Source of the DNA: Candidatus Hydrogenedentota bacterium
Lineage (GTDB): Bacteria; Hydrogenedentota; Hydrogenedentia; Hydrogenedentales; SLHB01
Direction: 5' to 3'
Length of the DNA stretch: 64,000 nucleotides
Assembly (NCBI GenBank): GCA_963745075.1
Contig: CAVUWV010000014.1
Span: 160,001 to 224,000, forward strand
In this document: one piece after another, positions 20,001 through 30,300 of the stretch
How the letters are laid out: the number at the start of each line of letters is the position of its first letter
Numbering within the stretch: position 1 is the first letter of the stretch
Made by a program: the position numbers and the translations under genes
Notes under the pieces: generated by a model
Told to the model about the DNA's origin: nothing
Databases searched by the model: none
The model's input: only the letters and a program-made list of their open reading frames with translations

Positions 20001-21656
20001 ATTCATCTTGTCGGTAACACGCACGGGCTCAAGGCGTCCCAACTAAAACGGTTGCAAAAGCTTGCGAATCGCAAGGTCCCTGCGACCCGGGTGGTAAGTC
20101 CCGAACTTGCCCGGGCGCTCACCGAATTGTCCTGCGAGATCCAACGGCAGGTGGGCGTGCTCATCGACCGGCGCGGTCACATCAGGATCGTGATGGTCGG
20201 GGATGCGCGGTCCGTGTTTATTCCCGACCTCAGTTCCTACCGGCGAGGTTTGGACCGATTGGTCGGGCTCCGTCTGGTCCATACCCATTTGAAGGAAGAG
20301 CTGTTAACCGAGGACGATCTGACCGACCTCGCGTTGCTGCGGTTGGACCTGGTGGCGGCGATTGGCGTGGGGAAAGACGGCCTGCCCGGTGTTATCCACA
20401 TCGCGCATCTCCTGCCGGCCAACGACGCCGAGGAGCCATGGGCCATCGACCAAGTCCGGAACGTCCATGCGCTCGGAGATGACTACCTGGAAACGATCGG
20501 GGCGCTGGAGGACGAATTCGCTCGCCTGCGAACGCCGCGCCGTGCAGGCGACAATCGTGACCGTGCAATTCTCTTACACGTTTCTACCCAATCGCACGCT
20601 GCCGCCGAGGACTCCATCGCCGAATTGCGTGACCTGGCACGCAGCGCAGGGATCAACGTCGTCCACGGTGCGATCCAACGGCGTCCTGTGGACCCAAAGT
20701 TTGTCATCGGCCGGGGTCGTTTGCAGTCGATTCTTATCAAAGCCATGCAACTCGGCGCGGAGGTGCTGGTCTTCGATCGGAATCTGACCCCAGCCCAGGT
20801 AAACAGCCTTGCCGCGGTTACCGATCTTAAAGTGCTCGACCGGACCCAGGTCATCCTCGATATCTTTGCGCAACGCGCGGTTACGCGGGAAGGTAAGATT
20901 CAGGTTGAACTCGCCCAATTGCGTTACCTCCTGCCGCGGCTGGGGGCCAAACAGACGGCCAGTGCGTTCTCGCGGTTGACGGGCGGAATCGGCGGCCGGG
21001 GCCCTGGTGAAACAAAACTCGAGATTGACCGGCGTCGCGCGCAGGACCGCATCGCCGCGTTGGAGCGGGAGGTCGACAAACTTCGCGACCGGCGTCGCTT
21101 GCGGCGGTCGGCCCGAACGCAGAAGGCCGTACCGGCGATTTCTATCGTAGGATACACGAACGCCGGCAAGTCCACGTTACTCAACCAACTGACCAACAGT
21201 GACGTGGGGGCCGAAGACCAACTCTTCGCAACACTGAATCCCGTTTCAAGGCGGCTCCGGTTCCCGGAGGATCGCGAAGTCATCATCACGGACACGGTGG
21301 GATTCATTCGGCAGCTTCCCAAGGAGCTTATGGCCGCATTTCGCACCACCATGGAAGAACTCGACGACGCGGACTTGCTGTTGCATGTCGTGGATGCGTC
21401 CAGCCCTCACATCGATGAGGAGCGCATCGCAGTCGATGGAATTCTTTCAGAACTTCACCTGGACCGGAAACCGCGCCTGCTTGTCTTGAACAAGACGGAT
21501 CGGTGCGACGCGAACGAAATCGCGGGTCTCTGCGCGCGGTTTGACGCAATCCCGGTCTGTGCGCTGGACCGCAAAACGTTCGGGCCGCTCACGCAGGCTA
21601 TCGAGGATCATCTCTGGGCCAGCGCGTCGTGTCGGTCCGGCCGTGTGGAATCGTAG
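20001..21656 (+). CDS. hflX: GTPase HflX (long N-terminal form), probable ATT start
   Basis: ILDIFAQRA.TREGK.QVELAQL, GGRGPGETKLE, GYTNAGKST, DTVGF, NKTD; in-frame GNTHGLK upstream of first canonical start. Confidence 0.93.
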   Translation: MHLVGNTHGLKASQLKRLQKLANRKVPATRVVSPELARALTELSCEIQRQVGVLIDRRGHIRIVMVGDARSVFIPDLSSYRRGLDRLVGLRLVHTHLKEELLTEDDLTDLALLRLDLVAAIGVGKDGLPGVIHIAHLLPANDAEEPWAIDQVRNVHALGDDYLETIGALEDEFARLRTPRRAGDNRDRAILLHVSTQSHAAAEDSIAELRDLARSAGINVVHGAIQRRPVDPKFVIGRGRLQSILIKAMQLGAEVLVFDRNLTPAQVNSLAAVTDLKVLDRTQVILDIFAQRAVTREGKIQVELAQLRYLLPRLGAKQTASAFSRLTGGIGGRGPGETKLEIDRRRAQDRIAALEREVDKLRDRRRLRRSARTQKAVPAISIVGYTNAGKSTLLNQLTNSDVGAEDQLFATLNPVSRRLRFPEDREVIITDTVGFIRQLPKELMAAFRTTMEELDDADLLLHVVDASSPHIDEERIAVDGILSELHLDRKPRLLVLNKTDRCDANEIAGLCARFDAIPVCALDRKTFGPLTQAIEDHLWASASCRSGRVES

Positions 21657-21705
21657 CCGGGAGATCGGTACCATACGTTTCGTGTTTGCCAATCCGAAAT
21701 ATCGA

Positions 21706-22758
21706 TTGCTTGCCAGTTGTGTCCACGGTGTCCGGAGGCCGAGCGTCGTGCCTGCCGCGATACTCCTGGCATGCCTGGTGGGTGCGGTACCGTCAATGGG
21801 TGACGCAGCCGTCGTCACGAAAGCCCAGAAGCTGATGGATCAGGCGCATCAGGAAAACGCCGCTGCCATGCAGGCGACCAACCAAGCCGAGTATCAGAAA
21901 CACATGACAAATGCGGCCGACTTTGCCGTGCAGGCGCGAATGGTATTCGAATCCGCAGATGCCGCCGATTCCGACGACACGCAGGTCTTGATGACGTATG
22001 GCGATTTCCTCAAAGAGCAGGGAGACTATGACCTCGCGGAGAAGACGCTTCTGCGGGCCGTGTCCATCAAGCCGAACGAACCCGACCTCTGGTTTGCGTT
22101 GGGAGAGGCTCAAGGTTTGCTCGGTCCGGAACGCCAAAACCGGGCGGTTCGATCTTTGCGGAAAGCCTTGTCGCTCGACCCCGGCACCGAACTCGACGCC
22201 AAGATCCACGCCGCTCTTGGCGCACAATTCATGCAGGAAGGGCTCTTCGCGTTCGCCCGCAAGAGCCTGGATGCCGCGCTCAAAGACGATCCAAACCACG
22301 TCGGTGCACGAATCGCTCTGGCGTCGCTGGATGTTCGGGATGGTGAGATTAGCAAGGCCTCGGACAGCCTCGATGCCCTCGGAAACGTGAGTCCTCAATC
22401 CGCGGCGCTCATGCAGCGCACCATGGACACCGCGCTCGTCGACTTTGAAGCATCCGGGCGCTGGATGCCCGACACGGCCGAAAACCACCTCGCCTATGCC
22501 AAGCTTTTGGTACGCGCGGGCCGTTTGGCGGATAGTGTCTGGCCGTTGGAACGCGCGGTGCAACTCGACCCGAAGAATTACGTCACCTGGAACCTTCTGG
22601 GGTCGGTGTACCGGGGTATCGACAAGCCGAACAAGGCGCGAGAGGCATTCTCGAAATCGCTCGAAGTCAATCCCGATCAGCCGAGAACGAAGGCGGTTCT
22701 CGATGAGCTGGCCCAGGAATCGTCGAGCCATGCGCCCGAGTCGCCGTCGACGCCATAG
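21706..22758 (+). CDS. Exported tetratricopeptide-repeat protein (start uncertain)
   Basis: Signal-like hydrophobic stretch; repeated A..L.P....W..LG TPR pattern. Confidence 0.8.
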   Translation: MLASCVHGVRRPSVVPAAILLACLVGAVPSMGDAAVVTKAQKLMDQAHQENAAAMQATNQAEYQKHMTNAADFAVQARMVFESADAADSDDTQVLMTYGDFLKEQGDYDLAEKTLLRAVSIKPNEPDLWFALGEAQGLLGPERQNRAVRSLRKALSLDPGTELDAKIHAALGAQFMQEGLFAFARKSLDAALKDDPNHVGARIALASLDVRDGEISKASDSLDALGNVSPQSAALMQRTMDTALVDFEASGRWMPDTAENHLAYAKLLVRAGRLADSVWPLERAVQLDPKNYVTWNLLGSVYRGIDKPNKAREAFSKSLEVNPDQPRTKAVLDELAQESSSHAPESPSTP

Positions 22759-22979
22759 ACCGGGAATGGAAGTTTTTTTGGGGGAATTCATTGCGAGTGG
22801 TCGCATCAGTTCAAGGACCACGCGCGAGGCGATGGGGTACGATCGGCACAATCTCCCGGAAATGAGTCGCTTATAAATTCGATATTATACTTGACTTACT
22901 GAATCTGTTTTGTAATAATTCGGCGCGTTCGTGCGACACGTAAAATCTCAGATACCCCCAAGCGCAAAGGCCCAGCGCA

Positions 22980-24797
22980 ATGCTTGACGCCATACAAAGT
23001 TCATGGCAAGCATGGTTTACATTCGCCGTGCTTCTCTCCGTTCTGGTCGGCCTTATCAAGAACTACGCACCGGACGCGGTTCTTATGGGCGGAACCGTGA
23101 CGCTCACGGTGGTCGGTATCATCAGTCCCGGCGAGGCGTTCGTCGGCTTCTCCAATGAGGGAATGCTTACCGTTGCGGCGCTTTTCGTGGTGGCTGCGGC
23201 GCTTCGGGAGACGGGTGCGCTTGATTCGATTGGGGGGTTGGTTTTGGGGAATGCCCGATCTGAACGCGGGGTCATGCTGCGGTTGGCAGGAAGCGTGACA
23301 GGTATGTCGGCTTTTCTTAACAATACGCCCATCGTTGCCATGTTTATCCCCATTATTACACGCTGGTGTTCCAAAAACGGGATATCGCCATCCCGGCTTC
23401 TGCTTCCATTGTCTTACCTTACGATCCTCGGCGGTACCTGTACGCTTATCGGAACCAGCACCAACCTCGTGGTCAACGGGCTGTTGAAGCAGTATATGGA
23501 CGCCGATCCATTACATAGCATGAACCTCTCTCCGATTGGTCTGTTCGAGTTGAGCTGGGTCGGCATTCCATATGCTATCATCGGCGCGGCGTACCTGCTG
23601 TTCATCGGATACCGGCTCATCCCGGATCGAAAAGACTTCATTGCAAAGATGCGCCAAACGGCTCGCGAATACCTTGTGGACCTCCGAATGGAGCCGGGCT
23701 GCCCTCTTGTCGGAAAAAATGTCGAGCAAGCCGGGCTACGCCGCTTGCGGGGTCTTTTCCTGATCGAAATCCTGCGCAACGACGAGGTTATATCGCCGGT
23801 GCGTCCCGACCACGTGTTGGTGGAAGGGGACCTGCTGACCTTCACCGGCGAAGTCAGCACCATCGTCGATCTGGAACGGATCCAAGGGCTCGTCCCCGTC
23901 GCGGATGAGGGGTACGAGGCCCACGCGCTGAAACGCCGGGGCCGGATGTTGTGCGAGGCGGTCGTATCCAAAACGTCGCCGGTGGTGGGGAAGACCATCC
24001 GCGACTCGGACTTCCGCGCGCGCTACAACGCCGCCGTCGTGGCGGTGCATCGTGGGGGTGAGCGGTTGCACGGGCGCGTAGGCGACATCGTGCTGCGCGC
24101 CGGCGACACCCTGTTGCTCCAGGCCGGTCCCCATTTCCTCGATGCCCATCGCAACGATCCGGAATTCTATCTCGTGAGCGGGATCGAGGGTTCGCGGCCG
24201 GTGCGCCACGACAAGGCCGGACTGTCGATTGGACTGTTGATTGTTTTGATCGTGCTGATGGCGACCGGACTGACGAGCATCGTCACGGCTGCCTTCGTGA
24301 CCGCCGGCCTGATGGTCCTCACGCGATGCATTTCCATGGGCGCCGCGCGCCAGAGCTTGGATTGGCAGACCCTGGTCACCATTGGCGCGTCCTTCGGGTT
24401 AGGGAAGGCCTTGGAGAATTCGGGGTTGGTCACGACTGTGGCGGGTGTCATTGTGAACGACATCGGGGCGTGGGGCCCGTATGCGCTGCTGGCCGCCATC
24501 TACCTGATGACCAGCGTCACCACCGAAGCGGTCACCAACAACGCGGCGGCGATCCTGATGTTTCCGTTTGCTGTGGCGATCGCGAATCAATACGGCGTGA
24601 ATCCGCGCCCCTTCGTATTCGCGGTGATGTTCGCCGCGTCGGCCAGCTTCATGACCCCCATCGGCTATCAGACCAATCTCATGGTCTATGGTCCCGGCGG
24701 TTACCGGTTTACCGACTTTCTTCGCGTTGGCATGCCGCTGAATTTCATCCTCTGGACCTCGGCGGTGATCCTGATTCCCCTGGTATGGCCATTCTGA
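22980..24797 (+). CDS. SLC13/DASS family permease with two TrkA-C domains
   Basis: SAFLNNTP, TLIGTSTNL, TPIGYQTNLMVYGPGGY. Confidence 0.92.
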   Translation: MLDAIQSSWQAWFTFAVLLSVLVGLIKNYAPDAVLMGGTVTLTVVGIISPGEAFVGFSNEGMLTVAALFVVAAALRETGALDSIGGLVLGNARSERGVMLRLAGSVTGMSAFLNNTPIVAMFIPIITRWCSKNGISPSRLLLPLSYLTILGGTCTLIGTSTNLVVNGLLKQYMDADPLHSMNLSPIGLFELSWVGIPYAIIGAAYLLFIGYRLIPDRKDFIAKMRQTAREYLVDLRMEPGCPLVGKNVEQAGLRRLRGLFLIEILRNDEVISPVRPDHVLVEGDLLTFTGEVSTIVDLERIQGLVPVADEGYEAHALKRRGRMLCEAVVSKTSPVVGKTIRDSDFRARYNAAVVAVHRGGERLHGRVGDIVLRAGDTLLLQAGPHFLDAHRNDPEFYLVSGIEGSRPVRHDKAGLSIGLLIVLIVLMATGLTSIVTAAFVTAGLMVLTRCISMGAARQSLDWQTLVTIGASFGLGKALENSGLVTTVAGVIVNDIGAWGPYALLAAIYLMTSVTTEAVTNNAAAILMFPFAVAIANQYGVNPRPFVFAVMFAASASFMTPIGYQTNLMVYGPGGYRFTDFLRVGMPLNFILWTSAVILIPLVWPF

Positions 24798-24800
24798 GAA

Positions 24801-26396
24801 CTACCTGATACGATTGGAACCCTGCCACAAGACGGAATGGTCAACGTTGGGCGCGAAACGAAAAGGGCCGGACGCTGCGGACAGATCGTTCCCGGTTACG
24901 CTGATTCGTTCACATCCCTCGAAGAGTTGCAGAAACGCTGGACAATCCCGGGGGGCGATGCTTCCGCGAATGAGGCTGCTCCGCGTATAACGCAGCGCCA
25001 GAACGGGGGAGCCATCCGGCTCGCACATGCCCTGGAATCCGTCGAGCAGCAAGTCCTTGGCGTCGTCGCAGACCAGCGCGGGCCGTCGATCGGGCTTCGC
25101 GTACGCGACTGCGACATTCCGAACCGTGAACCCGTTTACGTGCCGCAAATAGAACCCGTACGCGGGCAACACGCCGAACATGGTGCCTTCGGGGTATTGA
25201 TCGGCATTCTCCGGCACGGCCCACATGTCGCCGTCATACGCGCCGTCGCCGGCATAGGTGACCCGCATATCGCTGATGGAGACATTTTCGATGGGATGAT
25301 CGGGCAGGCCCGCCACGAAACAGCCCGTGTTTTCCACGTTGCGCGCGACCACATTGCTGATGGCGATATCGCGCACGATGCCGATACCCGGCTTTTCCAT
25401 ATCCTCCTTGAACGGGCGCGCGCGATTTCCCAAGCGGATGAAGAGCGCAGACACCACGCCTTCCATCGCGATGTTCGAAATGGCGATCCGCTCCATGGTT
25501 CCGCCGTCGACGATCATCAACGCGATTCCGGACAGCGACCGGTTGCCGAAGTAACCATTTTCCGGCCGGCTTACCGTGCAGTTGGTGACCGTAACGTTCT
25601 TGAATCCGCCGTTGGACTCCGTTCCCATCTTGATGGCGTTGCAATTGCTGCTGACGGTGCAATTCGCGATCGTTACGTTTTCGCAGGGGGTGTCCGCCGT
25701 GCTCTTCAATGTTATCGCGTCGTCGGCGGTCGTGCCGAAGCAATTGCTGATGCGAACGTTCCGGCAGCAGTCGATGTCGATCATGTCGTTGTTGCGGTTG
25801 ACGTGGTTGTAGACCGTCAATCCGTCCAGCACGAGGTCGTCACAGTTGAGGTACTGCTGCATCCACATCGGCGAATTACGCAATGTTACGTTTTTGATGC
25901 GCACCTTGTGGCAACTGACAAACCGGATGATGTACGGCCTGGTCCGATAGCCGTGGTCCGGTCCGTCCGAGGGGAACGCGGCGCCCTGGCCGTCGATCGT
26001 GCCGCGACCGGTGATCGCGATGTCCGTCGCGTCTTCCGCCGCGAGCAGACTGCGGCATACGTAGGTGTCCGTGTACGACCGGAACGCGGGTTGGTTGCAC
26101 GGGAAGTCGTCGAGGTCGGTACTGCCCAGCAGCGTCGCGCCGATTTCCACCTCCAGCGTTACGTGGTCTTTCATCACGAGCGTGCCGCAGAGGTATTTCC
26201 CCGGGGGCAAATACGCGACACCACCGCCGTTGTCATGCGCCGCGTCGATGGCGGCTTGTACGGCCTTGGTATCTTTCGTCGTGCCGTCGCCGATTGCGCC
26301 GAAGTCCCGGGCGTTAAATAGGGCGGGCGTCGCACCGGCCCCAATGGTTAATGTCAGCCCCATAAGCAGGAGAATAGTTGTCTTGCGTAAGGTCAT
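24801..26396 (-). CDS. Glycoside hydrolase family 28-like (polygalacturonase fold)
   Basis: FGAIGDG..DT.A.Q.AID, NNDMID, TADDAI.LKS, IKMGTE; signal peptide. Confidence 0.88.
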   Translation of the reverse strand: MTLRKTTILLLMGLTLTIGAGATPALFNARDFGAIGDGTTKDTKAVQAAIDAAHDNGGGVAYLPPGKYLCGTLVMKDHVTLEVEIGATLLGSTDLDDFPCNQPAFRSYTDTYVCRSLLAAEDATDIAITGRGTIDGQGAAFPSDGPDHGYRTRPYIIRFVSCHKVRIKNVTLRNSPMWMQQYLNCDDLVLDGLTVYNHVNRNNDMIDIDCCRNVRISNCFGTTADDAITLKSTADTPCENVTIANCTVSSNCNAIKMGTESNGGFKNVTVTNCTVSRPENGYFGNRSLSGIALMIVDGGTMERIAISNIAMEGVVSALFIRLGNRARPFKEDMEKPGIGIVRDIAISNVVARNVENTGCFVAGLPDHPIENVSISDMRVTYAGDGAYDGDMWAVPENADQYPEGTMFGVLPAYGFYLRHVNGFTVRNVAVAYAKPDRRPALVCDDAKDLLLDGFQGMCEPDGSPVLALRYTRSSLIRGSIAPRDCPAFLQLFEGCERISVTGNDLSAASGPFRFAPNVDHSVLWQGSNRIR

Positions 26397-26441
26397 GATT
26401 GGCTCCCCCGAACGCTAAATGTTTGTTGGTAAATCTATAGA

Positions 26442-27119
26442 TTACCGTCCGTCGTTGTGTTCGGACCATGATACGAAATAGTTTCGGAACGCGCGCTCGA
26501 AATCGTCCATCACCGTATCCATGGGTGGGGCGGTTCCCAGAAGTTGGCGCAACGAGGTAACCGGTTTGTCGGCGATGCCGCACGGCACGATTAGTCCAAA
26601 GTGCTCCATGTTCGGGTCCACGTTCAGCGCGATTCCGTGATACGTGACCCAGTTGTGAATTCCGATACCGATGGCCGCGACCTTTGCGCCACCGACCCAG
26701 ACGCCGGTGAACCCTTCGACGCGTTGCCCCTGCAGCCCGTATCCGGCGAGTTGATCGATCAGTACTTGCTCCAGCGAGCGCAGGTACCAGCGGATGGACA
26801 ATTTCCATTCGCTCAGATTCAATATGGGGTACGCGACCAACTGTCCCGGTCCGTGGTATGTCACATCGCCGCCCCGGTCCGCTTGGGCCGCCGCAATGCC
26901 CCGCTCCGCCAGCGCGTCCTCACTCAGGAGCAAATTCTGTGTCTGAAAGTTACGGCCAAGCGTGAAGACCGGCTCATGTTCCAGCAAGAACAGCGCGTTT
27001 CCGGCCGTTCCCGCTTCGACCGCCAATCGCCGTTCCCGTTGTATGGCGAGGCCGTCTTCATACGTCGTGAAACCCGGAAGACGAATTGTTTCGATGGTTC
27101 GTTGTGAGATTTCCTGCAT
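26442..27119 (-). CDS. lipB: Lipoyl(octanoyl) transferase
   Basis: LEHEPVFTLG, DRGGDVTYHGPGQLV, KVAAIG, IVPCG. Confidence 0.95.
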   Translation of the reverse strand: MQEISQRTIETIRLPGFTTYEDGLAIQRERRLAVEAGTAGNALFLLEHEPVFTLGRNFQTQNLLLSEDALAERGIAAAQADRGGDVTYHGPGQLVAYPILNLSEWKLSIRWYLRSLEQVLIDQLAGYGLQGQRVEGFTGVWVGGAKVAAIGIGIHNWVTYHGIALNVDPNMEHFGLIVPCGIADKPVTSLRQLLGTAPPMDTVMDDFERAFRNYFVSWSEHNDGR

Positions 27120-27302
27120 GCCTCGAGTATACCAAAGGGCCGTTCCCCGGGGCGTGTCACAGCAACCATCGTGCCGAAAAAACCCTTCTACCCTTCCAAG
27201 ACGTGGTCCGGTTCCGTTAAGATCGGGAAATATCTTCTGACACAATGGTACCAGTAGCAACCGGGTAAAGCGGCGGCCCGGAAGGGATATTTTTTACTCA
27301 CG

Positions 27303-30300
27303 ATGGCTCGAAAAAAGACTCGTTCAGTAAAACGGTTCAGTCAATCGGATCTTTTGGACCGGTATCGAAAACTCGAATCCTACCAACAAGCCTTTGTCCA
27401 GTTCATGTCCATTGCCTACGAACCTGTGAATGGCACGAAGGCGCTTCAAGCGTTTGCGAACGCGGGAATCGTCAAGGACGACGGGAAACCCTTTGACGCT
27501 TCCACCTACCGTGAGACTCTTGGCAAGCTCCTCGATTACGGATTGCTCGAGAATAACCAACACTTGCAGCCACGCTGCAACCCGAATATTGCCGAAGTGG
27601 CGACGCGCGATGCGGTGCGTGATGGCCGTTTCGAGGCTATGATTGGTGCGGTGAGGCGGATCCTCCCCAACGCGGGCAAGGAAGCGCCATTCTACTATTT
27701 CCGCAGCTTTCTGCAGGCCGTGCGCGAGTTCCGGTTGCATTTCTACCAGGGCAATACGGATCGTGCATTCTCTATTCTGGATCGGATTTACGAACAGCAT
27801 CGCTACGAGACCCTCGATCACGATCCAATGCAAGCCATCGCCGATGCGCCCTTCGACGAGGAATGGCTGGCCAATGTTCCGATTGCCGTCGCCGATCCGG
27901 TGCTTTGGTCGAAACTAAGTTCTTCTGCCCATTCACTTACGCTCGCGGAAGAGGCCTACGATTTTCTCTCGAAACACTGGAACACCTACGACACCGGTGG
28001 CGAACCGCCGACGCTCCTTTTGCTCCTCGCCGAACAAGCGCTATGGCGCGGCCGGCTTCGCGAACTGGAATCCGTACTTTCCAACTCGACATTCGTGGGA
28101 GCGAAGTACTACTTGGCCGCGCAGGCGCTCTTCGACGGGAACAACGACGAGGCCCTTCGCCTTTTCGACGAAGGTAATGCCATGTCGCGGTCGATCACGC
28201 GCAAACGCAACCCCGAGATCCCGGGACCGTTGGGCCTCTTCTACGGGCTCACGTTGATCAAAACCGGCGACCGAAAACACATCCGTTCCGCCCAACAGTT
28301 CTTGCGCCGTCGGTACAAGTCCAGCGGTTCGATTGCCGCGTACGCGCTCGTCGAACTTACGGAAGACTCCCTTGGCAACCCGCCCCCTTCCCGGCATGAA
28401 GAAACCGTCGACTATTTTGTATTCGGCGGCGATACCCCGCTCGAGGCTATTCTACTCTTGCTCGTTTCTTGTTGGCGCGGCAACGATCTGGCTGACCGCT
28501 GGGGCGATGCGATGCGGCGTCAGTTTGACAGAGCCGTCGGTGGAGGTTACCGCTGGCTGGCCGCCGAAACAGCTTCGGCACTTGCGCTTGCCAATCTGGA
28601 AAACGCGGATCATGCGCAATTTGCCGAGAGTTTCTACGAGGAAACCGGGATGCGGCCCTTGTCCGCATTGCTCGAAAAACAAGAGGCGTGGGAACGGGGC
28701 TTGGAAGCACTGGCCAATGTCGCCGAAGGCGAGAAGTCCGATGCACCCGATGCAGAGGTCCGGCTCGCTTGGAGAATCGACTTTTCCGGAGACTACTGTG
28801 CCGTGGAAGCCCGCGAGGTGAAAAAACGCGCGAACGGTGCCTGGACGAAAGGCAAGGTCGTTTCAGCCAAGCGCCTCAACACCCAGCCGGAACAGTTCAA
28901 TTATCTGACCCCACAAGACCGGGAAGCGTGCAATCACATCTCGGTCGAGGTGGAGCGCTATGGTTACTACACCCCCAAGACGCGCTATTTCTTTACGCCA
29001 CGAGTCGTTCTCGCCCTTGTCGGCCATCCCCTGGTCTTTCGGAACAATGGTAATCGGCTCGAAGTGACAAGAGGCGAACCCGAACTCCGCGTGATGCGCA
29101 AAGGCAAGCGTGTGGTTATCCATCTGGCCCCCTCCATTTCCGACGAGGCCGACGTGTGTGTTGTTCCCGAGACTGTTGCCCGCATCAAAGTGGTTGAATT
29201 CACGCCGGCCCACCGGCGCATCGCGACAATCCTCGGCCAGGGTTTGGAAGTGCCCATCGAACACGAATCGCGTGTACTCGATACACTTTCGAGCGTGGCG
29301 TCCCTTATTACGATACACTCCGACATCGGCGGCGGAATGGAAAACGTCCCGGAAGTTCCCGCCGATGGGCGGCCGCGAGTCATACTGGTGCCGTCCGGTG
29401 AGGGGCTCCGTGTCCAATTAATGGTCCAACCGCTGACGGGGGGCGCCTACTATCGTCCGGGCGGAGGCGGGGAAACCGTCATGGCCGAGGTGGAGGGTCA
29501 ACGGGTACAGACCCGCCGTAATCTCAAATCGGAGACCGGAAACGTGGAGGATATCCTGGCCAAATGCTCCACGCTTCGCCGCTCCCAGGAAATCGATGGC
29601 GAATGGTATCTCGACGATCCCGGCGATTGCCTGGAACTGCTGACCGAACTCCGTGAACTCGGTGATACAGCCGTCGTCGAATGGCCGCAGGGCGAGAAGA
29701 TGCGCGTGGCGCAGACCGCCTCGTTTGCCAACCTCCGTTTCCGGTTGAAGGGTCAGCGGGAATGGTTCGAGGCCTCCGGTAGCCTTCAATTGGATGACGG
29801 CCGTGTCATGGACATTCGCAAGCTCCTCGATCTACTGGACGAGGGCACCGGCCGGTTCGTGCCCATGGGCGACGGCGAGTATCTGGCCTTGACCAAAGAG
29901 TTCCGGAAGCGTTTGGACGAGTTCAGTGCCGTCTCCGAGTCGCGCGGCGAAGGCTATCGCATCCACCCGTTGGCGGCGCCGACCCTGGAAGGTCTCATCG
30001 AGGGCGTCGGTGAGTTCAAAGCGGATGCGGCGTGGAAGAACCACATCAAGCGATTTCGCGAAGCCGAGACCATCGAAGCGATCGTGCCGACCACGTTTCG
30101 AGCCACCCTGCGTGATTACCAGCTTGAGGGTTTTCAATGGCTCACTCGCCTCGACCACTGGGGCGCAGGCGCTTGCCTAGCGGATGATATGGGACTCGGC
30201 AAGACCGTCCAAGCACTCGCTTTCATCCTCTCGAAAGGCACAGAAGGACCGGCTCTCGTCATTGCGCCGACTTCCGTATGCATGAACTGGATGGAGGAAG

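Noticed and set aside
24837..26321. 494-aa plus-strand ORF and other long antisense ORFs (e.g. 975-1877, 21793-22851, 59159-60400)
   Set aside because: Shadows of well-supported genes on the opposite strand in high-GC DNA; no motifs or RBS
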